From assembly GCF_040938485.1 (NCBI RefSeq), contig NW_027271292.1, positions 1,054,001 through 1,118,000 on the forward strand: a stretch of 64,000 nucleotides of DNA. The letters run 5' to 3'. Each line of letters begins with the position of its first letter. Position 1 is the stretch's first letter. Of the stretch, positions 39,480 to 50,454 are shown in pieces. The notes under the pieces are model-generated. The model saw only the letters and a program-made list of their open reading frames with translations, did no database searches and was not told the origin of the DNA. A program made the position numbers and the translations under genes. This DNA is from Diadema antillarum (Eukaryota).

Positions 39480-40110
39480 ATCCTATAAGCCCACCATTTA
39501 TCGACATTTCCATAATATAAACAGTACGTACAAAAGGTCATTTAAAAAGATGTTGAGTGTTGAATATGAGAGCGAATAAACACCTGATATTGATTCTTGC
39601 TGTCTTGTGTCTTTCGTAAGTCATCATTTTTCAAATCACCATTGATCGTTCTGTCTTGTGCAGTCTGTAGGTATTATATTATCAGGCTGTGTAATAATGC
39701 TAATTTCTACACTAAAATTACAAGGAACCTCAAGTGGGTAAATCAGGCCGCATATGTTTTGAAATTCGAGGGAGAGAGGACAGATTCCCATAGCGACAGA
39801 TTGTACATGAAGGAGAACAAAACTATCGCAAAACATACATTTGTTGTTGAATAATTTTTCATAATTGAGGTAGATAGGTAAGCCAAAAACAAAAAGCTAC
39901 CAATGAAGCAAGGCTTTTAACTTTCCACGGTGCTTTATCTTGCCCTCGAAGGTAATTGAAATCTTCTAATTCATGACGAAACTATAATCTAACTCTTCAA
40001 TGCTTTATGCACATAGACCTTTACCCCGACTGAGCTTTTAAATATTAGAAGGCCTCCATGGTTACAGTGGGATTTTCCCCCCTTCTACCCTGTCGAATGC
40101 TTTCACATTT
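39480..40110 (-). mobile_element. Highly decayed L1/Tx1-like reverse-transcriptase remnant
   Basis: Minus-strand fragments KAFDRVE (~40090) and MGICPLSLEF (~39780, resembling QGCPLSPLLF) lie in the expected order, with many stops. Confidence 0.3.
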
Positions 40111-41394
40111 TGTATCTATATGCATGACGATAAGTCCAATGTTGCAGACAATACAACCGACTCTAAATATCATTTTTATAGACTTACATTCACATTCACA
40201 TTCACAGTAATGGTGGGTGTGAAGTTGGCTTTGATTTTCTCCAAGATACCAATGAAAAGATCATTTGCAACAATAGCATTTTGATTTCCTCTATCACTTT
40301 ACCTCAAGGTGATAGACATATGCTATGTTGTTTAGAATCATGATTATCTTGAACTTGAATTACTGTTATAATGATTAATGGGTCTCAAATATTTCAACAG
40401 AAGTTGGAATATTATCTTGTCACCACAGACATTCTTCATCTTTTAAATGTATCTTTTGAAACATTTGGAATCCCAAGATGGTGAATAGCTGAGAATCCTG
40501 ACATGTTACAAATCATTAAACACATGCTTAACCAATCGTACAACTTCTGATATCAACTCTTGACTAATAAATATATAAACGCAAAACACAAGGGATACCT
40601 GAGGCACAGAAACGACATGCTGCAGCGTGTCGACCACGCATAACTATGATAATCAATTACATGGTGATTCCAATAACACGATAAAGTGAATTCTAAAGAA
40701 TGGGTAGAGTAAAGCTATCAAGATCATTAAAATGTCATTATTGACAGACCAGTGAAAGACGTTTCAACAAGTCTAGTTTACTACTTATACTGTTTTATCT
40801 TCGTTGATGAAAAAATAACGTGTCTACCTGTCACCTGAAAAATCATTGAAGTATTCAAAATAGTTAAACCCAGCGCCATAAGCTAGGAGGAATAAATTCC
40901 AAATAAAGACGCCATACATTTCACAACCACTTGAAGTCGATGTAGCTCTCGAATCACATACTTTGTTACATGCACACGGTTTCTTGTCTGTCACACTAAG
41001 AAAATGATTGTCATCATGCTCTATTTGTGATCTTGTTAATGATGGGAAGAGCTTGCTCCAAATATTTTAAAGCTTGAAAGAAAATAACTTCCGCTATCGA
41101 AAATATGTGCACCCAAAAGGTCAAAGTATGTTTGTCATTGCTGCTGGCAAATACTTTCTTTTCAAGTGCAAGACTTTAGTTCTTACCCAAAGATTGGCGC
41201 ATAATAAGGGTCCACTTTAATCTATGTTTTGTTGAAACAGTTTTAACTGGAATGTTCTATATACACTAAAAATGGTGTTGAGAATAACTTCTTTCAGCGT
41301 GTAATCTGCAAATTTAAGTTTTATTCACAAACTGCTTGTCTACATGCGGACAGTTATGGTTACTAGACATCTCTTTCTCTTTGTGATTGCATAC

Positions 41395-41675
41395 GAAGTG
41401 AAAATAAAAACTTATACCTTTTGATAGGCCTTAACTATACATGTTATACATAATATGAATACGGTTATGATAAAGGGAGTCGTATGTTGTCTTACAAAGT
41501 AACAATGAAAACTTACACTTTGATCTTACACTTATCTTTACACAATGTAGATACGGTTGTGGTAAAAAGAGTTGCACGTTGTCATAAGAAGTGAAAATGA
41601 ACACTTACATTTTGATAGGCCTTAACTTTACATGATATAGATGCAGTTATGGTAAAGAGAGCTGTACATTGTCCA
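41395..41675 (-). repeat. Three diverged ~90-92 bp tandem units overlapping the gene C stop codon
   Basis: The anchor TTGTC lies at 41487, 41579 and 41669, with flanking shared GATAGGCCTTAACT and GGTTATGGTAAAG-like blocks. Confidence 0.75.
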
Positions 41676-42957
41676 CGGTACACTGTGTAATTGTAGTGTC
41701 ATTCTTAGGTTCGACTGCTTTCTCAAACAGCGGGGTGTCTGTGGGTGATGTGCAGGTGAACATGTCCCGGAGAGCTGCCCGGAACTCAGGGTAACGTGCA
41801 GCATAGATGACAGGGTTGGCGCAGGAGTTGAAAAAGCCCAATACTGTCAAAACCTGTTGGAGCGGACTATTCAGGAAAGACAATGGGACCCAACCAAGGT
41901 TGTAACCGAGGAATGCGATCTGGTTCGGACTCCAGCAGATGATGTAGATGAGAATGACAATAAACATCATCTTGATGACACGATTTCTGGCTACGATATG
42001 AAAACTTGGCGTCTGTTTCCTCGCCTCTACTGCATGGGTGTTGGCCGCGTCGTTAAAGAAGGCAGCCTGCTTGTTGAGCTGGCGAGCAATGAGGAGCTGG
42101 GTGATAATCATGGTAAAACATGGAATCACGAGCCGAAGACAAAACCAGTAAATCGCGATGATTACTCTAGACCTCTCGGACAGATACCTCTCCCCACATC
42201 GTTGAGTTAAGTCCTTCACTCCGTAAACAATGAAGGCATGGATGCCGGAGAGAAGGGATAACAACCAGACCACAGCGATGAATATTGAGACGCGGCGTCT
42301 TGTGACGTAACGCTTAAACTGGAACGGAAACACCACAGCCAGGTAACGTTCCACAGAGATAGACATGAGGAGGTAAGAAGATGCTGTAATGCAGCTCCAG
42401 AGCAGCAGTTGAGTGGAAATCAGGCGGCAGTAGACCTCACCTTGCCAGGTCTTAGGGACAGAGGACGCTCTAGGGATGGGGATGATAAAGACGGACGTCA
42501 AGAAATCCGCCACGGCTAAGCCACCAATCAGTGTGTCCATTGACCGGCTCTTGGCGCGTCTCTGGAACAGGACAACGATGACCAGAAGATTTCCTACGAT
42601 CCCTACGATGGCGGATATCAACTGGACGACGAGGTTCCATGTCCAACGGATTGGGATCCATCGCCAAGGTACTTGTCTTGCTTGCTCATCCTCAGTCAGT
42701 ATTGATGCAGCAGGAAAGTTTTCTGGTGGCATTGAAATGAATACATCATGTATTCCCGGTGTTGACTGGACAATTAATTCCCCTTGACCACTGTCTGCAG
42801 TTTGAAACTCAGCTTGAGCTTTTCCAGGCTCGAAGGTGAGATTTGAGGGTTGGTTAACGTCGTATTCCTCACTCGCCAAAGTGCTGGAGAAATCGGAACA
42901 CGCGTATTCCTGCCAAAGAGCAAGAATCATTGTCACACTTACTGCCATCTTCATCAT
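41647..42957 (-). CDS. Gene C, peptide-receptor-like (galanin/allatostatin-A receptor-like) class A GPCR, 436 aa, intronless CDS
   Basis: GN1.50, LAVAD2.50, ERY, CWSP, NSCANPVIY. The start is set at ATGATGAAG because a polypyrimidine/CAG| acceptor (42981) lies 23 nt upstream, as in D and E. Confidence 0.92.
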   Translation of the reverse strand: MMKMAVSVTMILALWQEYACSDFSSTLASEEYDVNQPSNLTFEPGKAQAEFQTADSGQGELIVQSTPGIHDVFISMPPENFPAASILTEDEQARQVPWRWIPIRWTWNLVVQLISAIVGIVGNLLVIVVLFQRRAKSRSMDTLIGGLAVADFLTSVFIIPIPRASSVPKTWQGEVYCRLISTQLLLWSCITASSYLLMSISVERYLAVVFPFQFKRYVTRRRVSIFIAVVWLLSLLSGIHAFIVYGVKDLTQRCGERYLSERSRVIIAIYWFCLRLVIPCFTMIITQLLIARQLNKQAAFFNDAANTHAVEARKQTPSFHIVARNRVIKMMFIVILIYIICWSPNQIAFLGYNLGWVPLSFLNSPLQQVLTVLGFFNSCANPVIYAARYPEFRAALRDMFTCTSPTDTPLFEKAVEPKNDTTITQCTVDNVQLSLP

Positions 42958-43853
42958 TGTGATCGGACGTATAAAGAAACCTGTTTGAAGAAATACGAAC
43001 AAACAAGAATGTAAAATTACTGTATGATTATGAACAAATGTAATTAAACAACTGACATGTATGAATTATCTATGGAAGATAACGATACGATGTCTAAAAT
43101 TAATCAAGTTATGACATCAAAATATCTTCAAATATAATATCTTTTATTACAGTTACAAAAGAAAAAAAAGTACTATTCCTCGCCCTGCTACTTACTTTTA
43201 CAAAAAACTTCTACTACCACTTCCACTACTCCAAATTCCTCAACAGACAAGGCAAATAGTAAATTCCGGTCTCTAAATCGCTCATCTTTTATCAACGAAT
43301 TTGTTGGCACTCTAGACGTTACGTAAAAAAACAAAATAAGTATATGAAATAATACCCTGAGACATATAGTCACTTTTGACAGTGAATCTTCACATATAAA
43401 CTCAAACTTGCTGATATTAAACCTGTCTAAATAATTCGCGATTAGATTTTAAGTGAGTGGTCAAACATTGTCCAATAATGCTACTGGTCCAGAAAAACCA
43501 ATATGAATATAATGCACATCTCTGACCATGTAATTTTTTGACTAAAAAGTTAGATTTGAAAAGCAATTCAATTAAGGGAATGAGAAAGAGCAGCAATTTG
43601 GAGACATAAGATTCGAGTCTTCTGGCAACAGAGATAGCATTACAGCCTACATCCATTGCTTTGTCGTGCGGAAGGGACGTATGGCTGCCCGTGGAAAGGC
43701 TATCTGCTTAAAGGCATTCAGTCACATTCTTAGGGGTCACGTTAAATCAATCCAACCTCAAACTCAGATCTTGATTGTGTCTCCATACGGAAGCTGGGCC
43801 ATGGTGTATGATTCTTGAAATTTTGGAAGATGTAGAGATTTCTGCTCATTTAC

Positions 43854-44022
43854 CTTCATACAAATATCTGGCCGGTTGTAGATATGTCAAACGTTTGAAG
43901 CGTTTATTTTGTACGGTTTCCTCCACGTCTGATCCGAGCAGTCACGACGAATGGTAACTTTCCCGACAGTACAGTCCCTTATAGCTAATTGTCGAATGAT
44001 GCAGATACTCAGCCCATGCGCA
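43854..44022 (-). promoter_or_regulatory. Gene C core promoter and non-coding exon 1
   Basis: Minus strand: TGCGCATG (44022), TATAA (43983), CCATTCG with its A at 43952. The exon ends TCTACAACCGGCCAGATATTTGTATGAAG|GTAAAT and is homologous to D and E. Confidence 0.7.
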
Positions 44023-44299
44023 ATGACAACCATCATTCCATTCATGGAGATGTCCAATGAGAAAGAAGGAAAATGAGAGAAAGGGGCTCATTAACATATG
44101 GTAAAGCAATACTCGCTGTTACTCGTCTGAGTGCCCAGACCTTGATGGATATTAAGTTTTCATCTGACGTAACAAAGGAATACCCGCACACAACCCAATT
44201 CATGAACGGGTGTACTACTATCTTGTGGACTGTTTGCCCGCAAAATACTTACATTACCATGTAGCTGTCAAATTTCCTATTTGAAATATCGCAGAATGC

Positions 44300-44660
44300 A
44301 AGTTTGTCTAAATATTTACATTCCATGACCTTATGTAATGGTTGGCAAATATTCGTCATGTTATGAAAGAGGAACTCTGTGCATGTTCATTCCGCTGATT
44401 GATAAACTTTTTAGTCATAATGTTAATCTTGCGTCTTTTTGACTGTCGTGTCAAAGTTTTTTGTTTGTTTTGGTGAGAAAATAATTATCATTAGATTGGT
44501 CAGAGGTGTTATAAGAAATCGTAACTTTGTAAGTGGCATCAAATCAGTTTGTGTGACTGGGATGAGTGACAAGGAACATGGTTAGAACTCAAGTGTACAG
44601 GTGATTGAAGTGAAATGGATTATGTCTCGTAATAAAGGGCAGAAGGTGGGACTAACAGAA
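44300..44660 (+). repeat. Conserved ~300-bp non-coding block (copy 1 of 3)
   Basis: TAAATATTTACATTCCATGAC...TTAATCTTGCGTC...AAGTGGCAT...AACATGGTT is shared with 47940-48235 and 60570-60920. Confidence 0.75.
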
Positions 44661-44691
44661 GTATAGAGACCAATGAAAATGTACGCCAATA

Positions 44692-44854
44692 CAGTGGCGG
44701 ACGGGGGGGGGGGGGGGGGTTCGCACAGGGTGCGCTCCCCCTCTTTATTTTTTGTTTAAACAAAAGAATTTAAAAGAAAAAACGGGGGTGGGGGTGCGTC
44801 CCTCTAATTTTGTAAAAGCGCCTTCCCTTTACGGAATTCCCGAATCCGCCCCTG
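44692..44854. mobile_element. Second CAGTGGCGGA...TCCGCCCCTG MITE with 5-bp TSD (CAATA)
   Basis: CAATA lies at 44687-91 and 44855-59; internal similarity to 30469-30641. Confidence 0.8.
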
Positions 44855-45660
44855 CAATAGGTACCAGCAATGATACGAATGATTGTGGGACTCAACTGTA
44901 CAGAACAGAAGACTATGTTTGCTAGGAACAGGCTTTACGAAGGAACATGGTTGACATTCAAGCAGGCAATGTAGGCTTATGTCCTTTGTAATTTAAAGGG
45001 AGAGAATTACTGCATTAGCAAATTTCCTTGACAGCAATTGACCTGGGAAGAATTTCTTATTACGCTAATGTTTCACTTCTTTAATCCCTATCAACATTTC
45101 ATTTGTTGATATCTCTTTCCTTTCATTTACATTGTGCGCGTGTGTCATTGATGTTGATTATGTTGAGATTGAGAAAAAAAACTTCAACTCGAACTTAATT
45201 TGAATCACTAAAGTTTCCACGAAATCAAAGTACATTTTGACTTCCGTTGTTTCAGTTGGATCTTCATATGATTCAGGTAATACATGATCACATTTTTAAG
45301 CAAATGACATCAATTGGCTTCATTTTTTTTTTCACAAACTCGGATCCAACCTAAAAAAGTATATCTTACCTTTCCGCAAAAATTATCATCTCCATTCTAC
45401 ACAATAGTTAGCTTTTTCTTGCTATATGTTCAATCCCTCGACTTTTTCTGACATAACGATGATAATTATCAAGTTAAAGGTTTTGAGATGTCATGTCACG
45501 GGCAAGTGTAACATTCTGAGAAGTGCGTTTCTATCTAACATCGAAAATTTCTAGAATGAGTTCATCAAGTTACGCGTGTTGCGGCAGGGCTGGTTTGCTA
45601 CAGACTACAGACAGACTTGCAAGCATCGCTTTACCAGAAATAGTTGTGCCCCCTGTAGAG

Positions 45661-45919
45661 CCCACGAATGTCAAAATCGCCCACGAATGTCAAATTTACC
45701 ACAAATGTCATAACACGTCAACCACAAATGTTAAAATTACCACAAATGTCATAACACGTCAACCACAAATGTCAAAATTCCCACAAATGTCATAACACGT
45801 CAACCACAAATGTCAAAATCTGATTAACCACAAATGTCATAACACAACGACCACAAATGTCAAAATTTCCATTTTTACTGCAAATGTCATAACGCGTCAA
45901 CCACAAAATGTCAAAACTC
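45661..45919. repeat. Minisatellite of alternating 19-bp and 23-bp subunits (42-bp higher-order unit)
   Basis: CCACAAATGTCAAAATTTA alternates with CCACAAATGTCATAACACGTCAA. Confidence 0.85.
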
Positions 45920-46064
45920 ATTGCTTACATTATGATAATGAAAAATAGCGAATCAGACTATAATTTGATCAATGTTTGTCTGTCTGTTTATTTGGATGAA
46001 ACTTGGTGGGTGGATGAGGGTTGGTCCCAGAATTATCCGCAAATGTCACAACACGTCAGAATTA

Positions 46065-47240
46065 CCCGCAGTTGGCCCGCACCTGCCAGTACCTAGCACG
46101 TATCTCGCTCGTAGTTGCCCGGAAGTGCGCACGCAAGTCCGATTTACCCGCAGCCAAGTTTTGAGCCTGACCAAAACTTTTTCCGGGTGAGTCGTGGGAA
46201 TTGCCCGCAGAGGTCCACGCAGAACACCAATAGGAGGACCGTAGCTGCCGCAAGTCACAGGCAGTTGAACCACTTGAAGTACGTTAAAGTTGCCCATGGA
46301 TCTATGCCTATGCGCCGAAAGCGCGTGTCATCTGCCGGCATTCTACAAGCATGTTTACTAAGAAGGAACGGTGACGAAACTACCAATATCCGTGTAGCTG
46401 GTCATCGCAGTTCTGCGAGCGAAGAGCGAGCTATACGAGCAAATTGCGTGCATGCTGAGGGTCAGTTACTGCCTTTACTGCTTATGCTGCGTGGATCTCT
46501 GCGGGCAATCCCCGCGACTCACCCGGAAAAAAAAAAGTTTTGGTCATGCTCAAAACCTGGCTGCGGGTAAATCGGACTTGCGTACGCACTTCCGGGCAGC
46601 CACGGGCGAGATACGTTCTAGGTAAGCCCTATACTGTCAGGTACGGGCCAACTGCGGGGAGCTCCGAGTAGCAAAAATGATTTTCCCGCAAATCAACCCG
46701 TAAGGCTTCCCCACACACGGTGTGACGATTGCCTTGAGCATGCTCAAAACTTGTTCCGAATGAGTCGCGGGGCTTTGCCCGCAGGGGTACACGCAGAACA
46801 CCAGTAGGAGACCCTTAGCGGCAGTGCCTCGCGGGCAACTCCAGCACGCAACTTGCCCGTAACTAGAATGTGAGTAGAACGTAAGTAGCACACGTCCAGC
46901 AGGTATGACGCACGCGAAACTCGCCCAAATCCTTGTCAGCCCGCAGAAAATTATCCTGCGTGCTGGAAAATCCACACACGCAACAAGCCCGCGTACCCTT
47001 CCGGGTAAGCTACGCGGGTTTGTAGCGAGTAGGAATTTTCCAGCACGTAGGATAATTTTCTGCGGACGGACAAGGATGTTGGCGAGTTCCGTACCTGCGT
47101 CTTACTTGCTAGACGCGTGCTACTTACCTGCTACTTGCGTGTATTCCGAGTGACCTGCGTGAGATCTTCGAAACCGATCCGTTTTCAGTTACGAGCGACA
47201 TACGGGGAATACGAAGTACCTGCGTGTTTGTCTAGTGTCG
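46065..47240. mobile_element. GC-rich compound foldback element
   Basis: ~160-bp inverted arms 46065-46222/46487-46658; a degenerate third arm ~46700-46870; a 31-bp stem 46941-71/47035-65 (30/31). The right end GGGCC|TTA is Harbinger-like; no left TIR was found. Confidence 0.7.
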
Positions 47241-47939
47241 GATTCATGGGCCTTATTTGCCTATAGTCGAACTCAAGGGCTGTATGACTGGTGGGTTGCA
47301 TGACTAATGGACATTTATTCATTTTCGAACTCATGGGCCGTATGACAAGAAGGTGTCGTACTCGTGGGATGACCCTATCTTGAATACCTGAAAATCCTCA
47401 AGGATGCAAGAGTTGAATCATCCGGATTCTTATTCAGCACCCTCGAAATGGGCAGAAAGCGTCACATTTGGAGTGCGGTAAAACAAGGTTTTTTCACCCA
47501 TAAATCTGACCGTGGCACCTAGAATGTGAATGTGAAAGTAACACAGTCGGAGGCCGAAATGGGGCCCAATTTTCTTGTATACGATACTCGTATACATTAA
47601 CCCACAATGTATGCATTGTCATCACGCCAAAGAAACACATTGACTACCTGCTTCGGAAAAAAGAACCTCATTTCATTTTCGGATAAACAAACCTTCTGAA
47701 TATCGAACGTTTTTTTTTTTTTGGTTTTTTTTTTTTCCACTTTTCGATTGGAGAACTTTGGGAGTGAAGAACCTTCGGAATACGAACTGTTGCCGATAGA
47801 CCTGTACCCTGACTGACTTCAACATTTCCCATTACACAGAGAATAACCTCACATCAACCAAGTTATGAACAGGCTCAGTACACTCTTCACCATGTAACTA
47901 TCCAATTCAGTATTGATTTGTAATTTCGAAGAATTCAAG

Positions 47940-48235
47940 TTTCTCTAAATGATTTACATTCCATGACCCTAATGCGCTGGTTGACGAATAATATTATACA
48001 TGCCATCAACAAAATGAAGTTCATGTCTATTCCCTTAATCTGCGTCGTTTTGACTTTCGTGCCGAAGTTGATGTTGTGTTGTTGTTTTGTTTTTGTTTGT
48101 TTCCTTTTTTAGAAAGAGAAAACATTATCAAATTTGTCAGTAGTGTTAGAAGAAACCATAAACGTTGCAAGTGGCATTACGTCAATATGTGTGGTTTGGG
48201 TAAATGACGAGCAACAGTCATGGTTAAAACTCACT
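47940..48235 (+). repeat. Conserved ~300-bp non-coding block (copy 2 of 3), upstream of gene D
   Basis: Shared blocks with 44300-44660 and 60570-60920. Confidence 0.75.
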
Positions 48236-48416
48236 TTTCTCTTTCTTTCTCCTTCTCCTCCTTCCGTCGTTATCTCTTCGTTTTTCTTTTTTATTGGTAG
48301 CAAAAAAAAAAAGAAAAGATATTGCCTCTGATGAAGATTCTGCGAGGATCGAAAGCTCAGGTCAATCTTTAACACGTATATCAGGTGACTGCTACAAACG
48401 CACTGTCATCCAATTT

Positions 48417-48591
48417 TGCGCATGCGCGCCACCTTGCCTATAGTGCTTACCTCTTGATATAAGTGAGGGATGGATCTGGTTGTAGTCTCATTCGCCGTTG
48501 GCTCTAGGCTAAGACACCAAGGAATCGAACCTATCAGAGAAACTCATTGGATCTCTGACTTGTCTACAGACTGGCAGATGTTTGTCTTAAG
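48417..48591 (+). promoter_or_regulatory. Gene D core promoter and non-coding exon 1
   Basis: TGCGCATGCGC 48417-27, TATAA 48458, TCATTCG with its A at 48490 (32 nt after TATAA), donor TTAAG|GTAGG at 48592; acceptor TTCATACAG| at 50431. Confidence 0.75.
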
Positions 48592-50454
48592 GTAGGCCTA
48601 ATTGAATGAAATCACATTTTTTAGTTGATGGATTGCGCATCGCAGCTGAGCCTCAGCGAATAGATATATTGCCACATAGACAGCTCTGAACGACATGACA
48701 TGATGGTCAAGCAATACGTAACAGTTCTTTATTCTTATTATCATCGCCATGATTAGGCCTATTACTGCTATTGTTGTAATCAGTATCACTAGCATTTTTG
48801 TCATTGCCGCAAGAAAAAAAAAATTGCCTTGCATACCGTAAATTACACCATGATTGTTGTAAATCAAGTTTCGCTTGTTCTTTCCAGAAGAGCAAAGCTT
48901 ATAATGTCAGAGTATCCTTTCACAGAATTTGATAGATTATCATGTGCCAAGTTGATTTGTTAGAATTGTGTGTTAGAACACTACAATGTCGAGGTGTATT
49001 TGACATCGATTTTACACACAATTTTAAGAATACCGATATCCTCTTTCAATAATCTTCTGCTAACCAGTAGTATCTTTCTAGTAGTGATAGTTCTTAAAGT
49101 GAGAGCAGCAGTGGTAAGTGGAGATGCTGTAGTGCCTGTACAGTGCTCACCTGCTTTAAATAAGTCCTCGCGACCGGTAGTTTTCTTTCGTTATAACGAA
49201 ATTTCTTCATAATCAATTCATCAAATACAGCATTATGATGAAAACACGCACAGTTATATATTGAATGCTATTCATTTGAATGCTATACATTTCGTTATCC
49301 TAAAAGTTTGTTATTTCCAAGGATCGTTATCCCAAACGGCTATTGTTCCAAAGATTCGCTATTCCCAGGATTCGTTATTCCGAAGGTTCGTTAATCCGAG
49401 AATGAAATGTACGATTCGTCATTCCGGAGGTTAGTTAATCTGATAATGAAAAAGGTTCGTTATTAATATTACGAACGTTTGCTTATCCGAAGACAATAAT
49501 TATAAAGTTTTTAAATCCGAAGTTTTGATAGTGAAGGGTGTACTCTCCCTCTTTTTTCCTTTCATTTTTAGATTTACGACCCTTATTTCACGTTCGGACT
49601 TAGGAATCTTATCATTTTTAGATTAATGAATTTTTGTAATGAGAACCAGTATTATTCATTTTTTGGAGTGACAACCCTCGGAATAGCGCCACAAATATTT
49701 GTAATAACGAGCCCTATTCTTCTTTTTCAAATTAAAAACCATCTACGTTTATCGGAACTTGTGTGTTTCGTAATAACGAACCTTATTTCATTTCGATATG
49801 AAAACGAAAGTTCTCCTCGGAAACGTTGCTTGACACAGCAAGCGAAAGCAGATCTATTTCTATTTTAAACACAGTGCAATGTCACGTGAAAGTGAAGCGT
49901 TTTCCTATGCAGAGACACTCTGTAAATGTTCTGCTATAATCTGATAATTTTTGCAAGCGATCCGCATTTCGTTAAAACGGAGCACATCTTCTTGTATGTT
50001 TATTCTTTGTCAGTGGCGCTCGGATAAAACTTTGCTTTAACGAAAATTTCGCTTTGACCGTGTTCGTTACAAGAGAATTTAGTATCATAGACTTTAATGA
50101 CGATAGTTTGGAGACCTGAAATTTTACTTCGTTGTGACGACATTTCCTTATAATCTTATTCCTTGTAACGGGAGTGCATTTTACTTGTTAAATTGAATCG
50201 AAAAATATGAAGGGATACAATGTTCATTCTCTATGTATGTTAACTGTTTCTTTTGTGTCTGTATCCTTGTTACCTTCTTGGCATGATTGAAGAAATTTCT
50301 GATTTATTCAGTGACTATAGAATTCGATGAATTTAATTTTGTTCTTGTTTTTATTTCTCCAGAATAAGTACGTTTGTACTAACTCTTCTTTGAATGTTTG
50401 TGACGAAATTGCTTTTTTTTTCTTCATACAGGTCTGTCGATACATCCAATCACA

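Noticed and set aside
42958-43002. ORF-track N-terminal extensions of C (MFVFLQTG…) and E (62222-62260)
   Set aside because: They run through the polypyrimidine tract and acceptor of the 5' UTR intron; the conserved start is ATGATGAAG.
45661-45919. Repeat arrays as CRISPR-like
   Set aside because: There are no unique spacers of constant length and no cas genes, and the context is eukaryotic.
46046-47153. ORFs of 60-150 aa on both strands
   Set aside because: They arise from the GC-rich inverted repeats (mirror-image peptides) and show no protein motifs.
49871-49900. CACAGTG as an RSS-like heptamer
   Set aside because: No nonamer at 12 or 23 bp spacing; a chance 7-mer.
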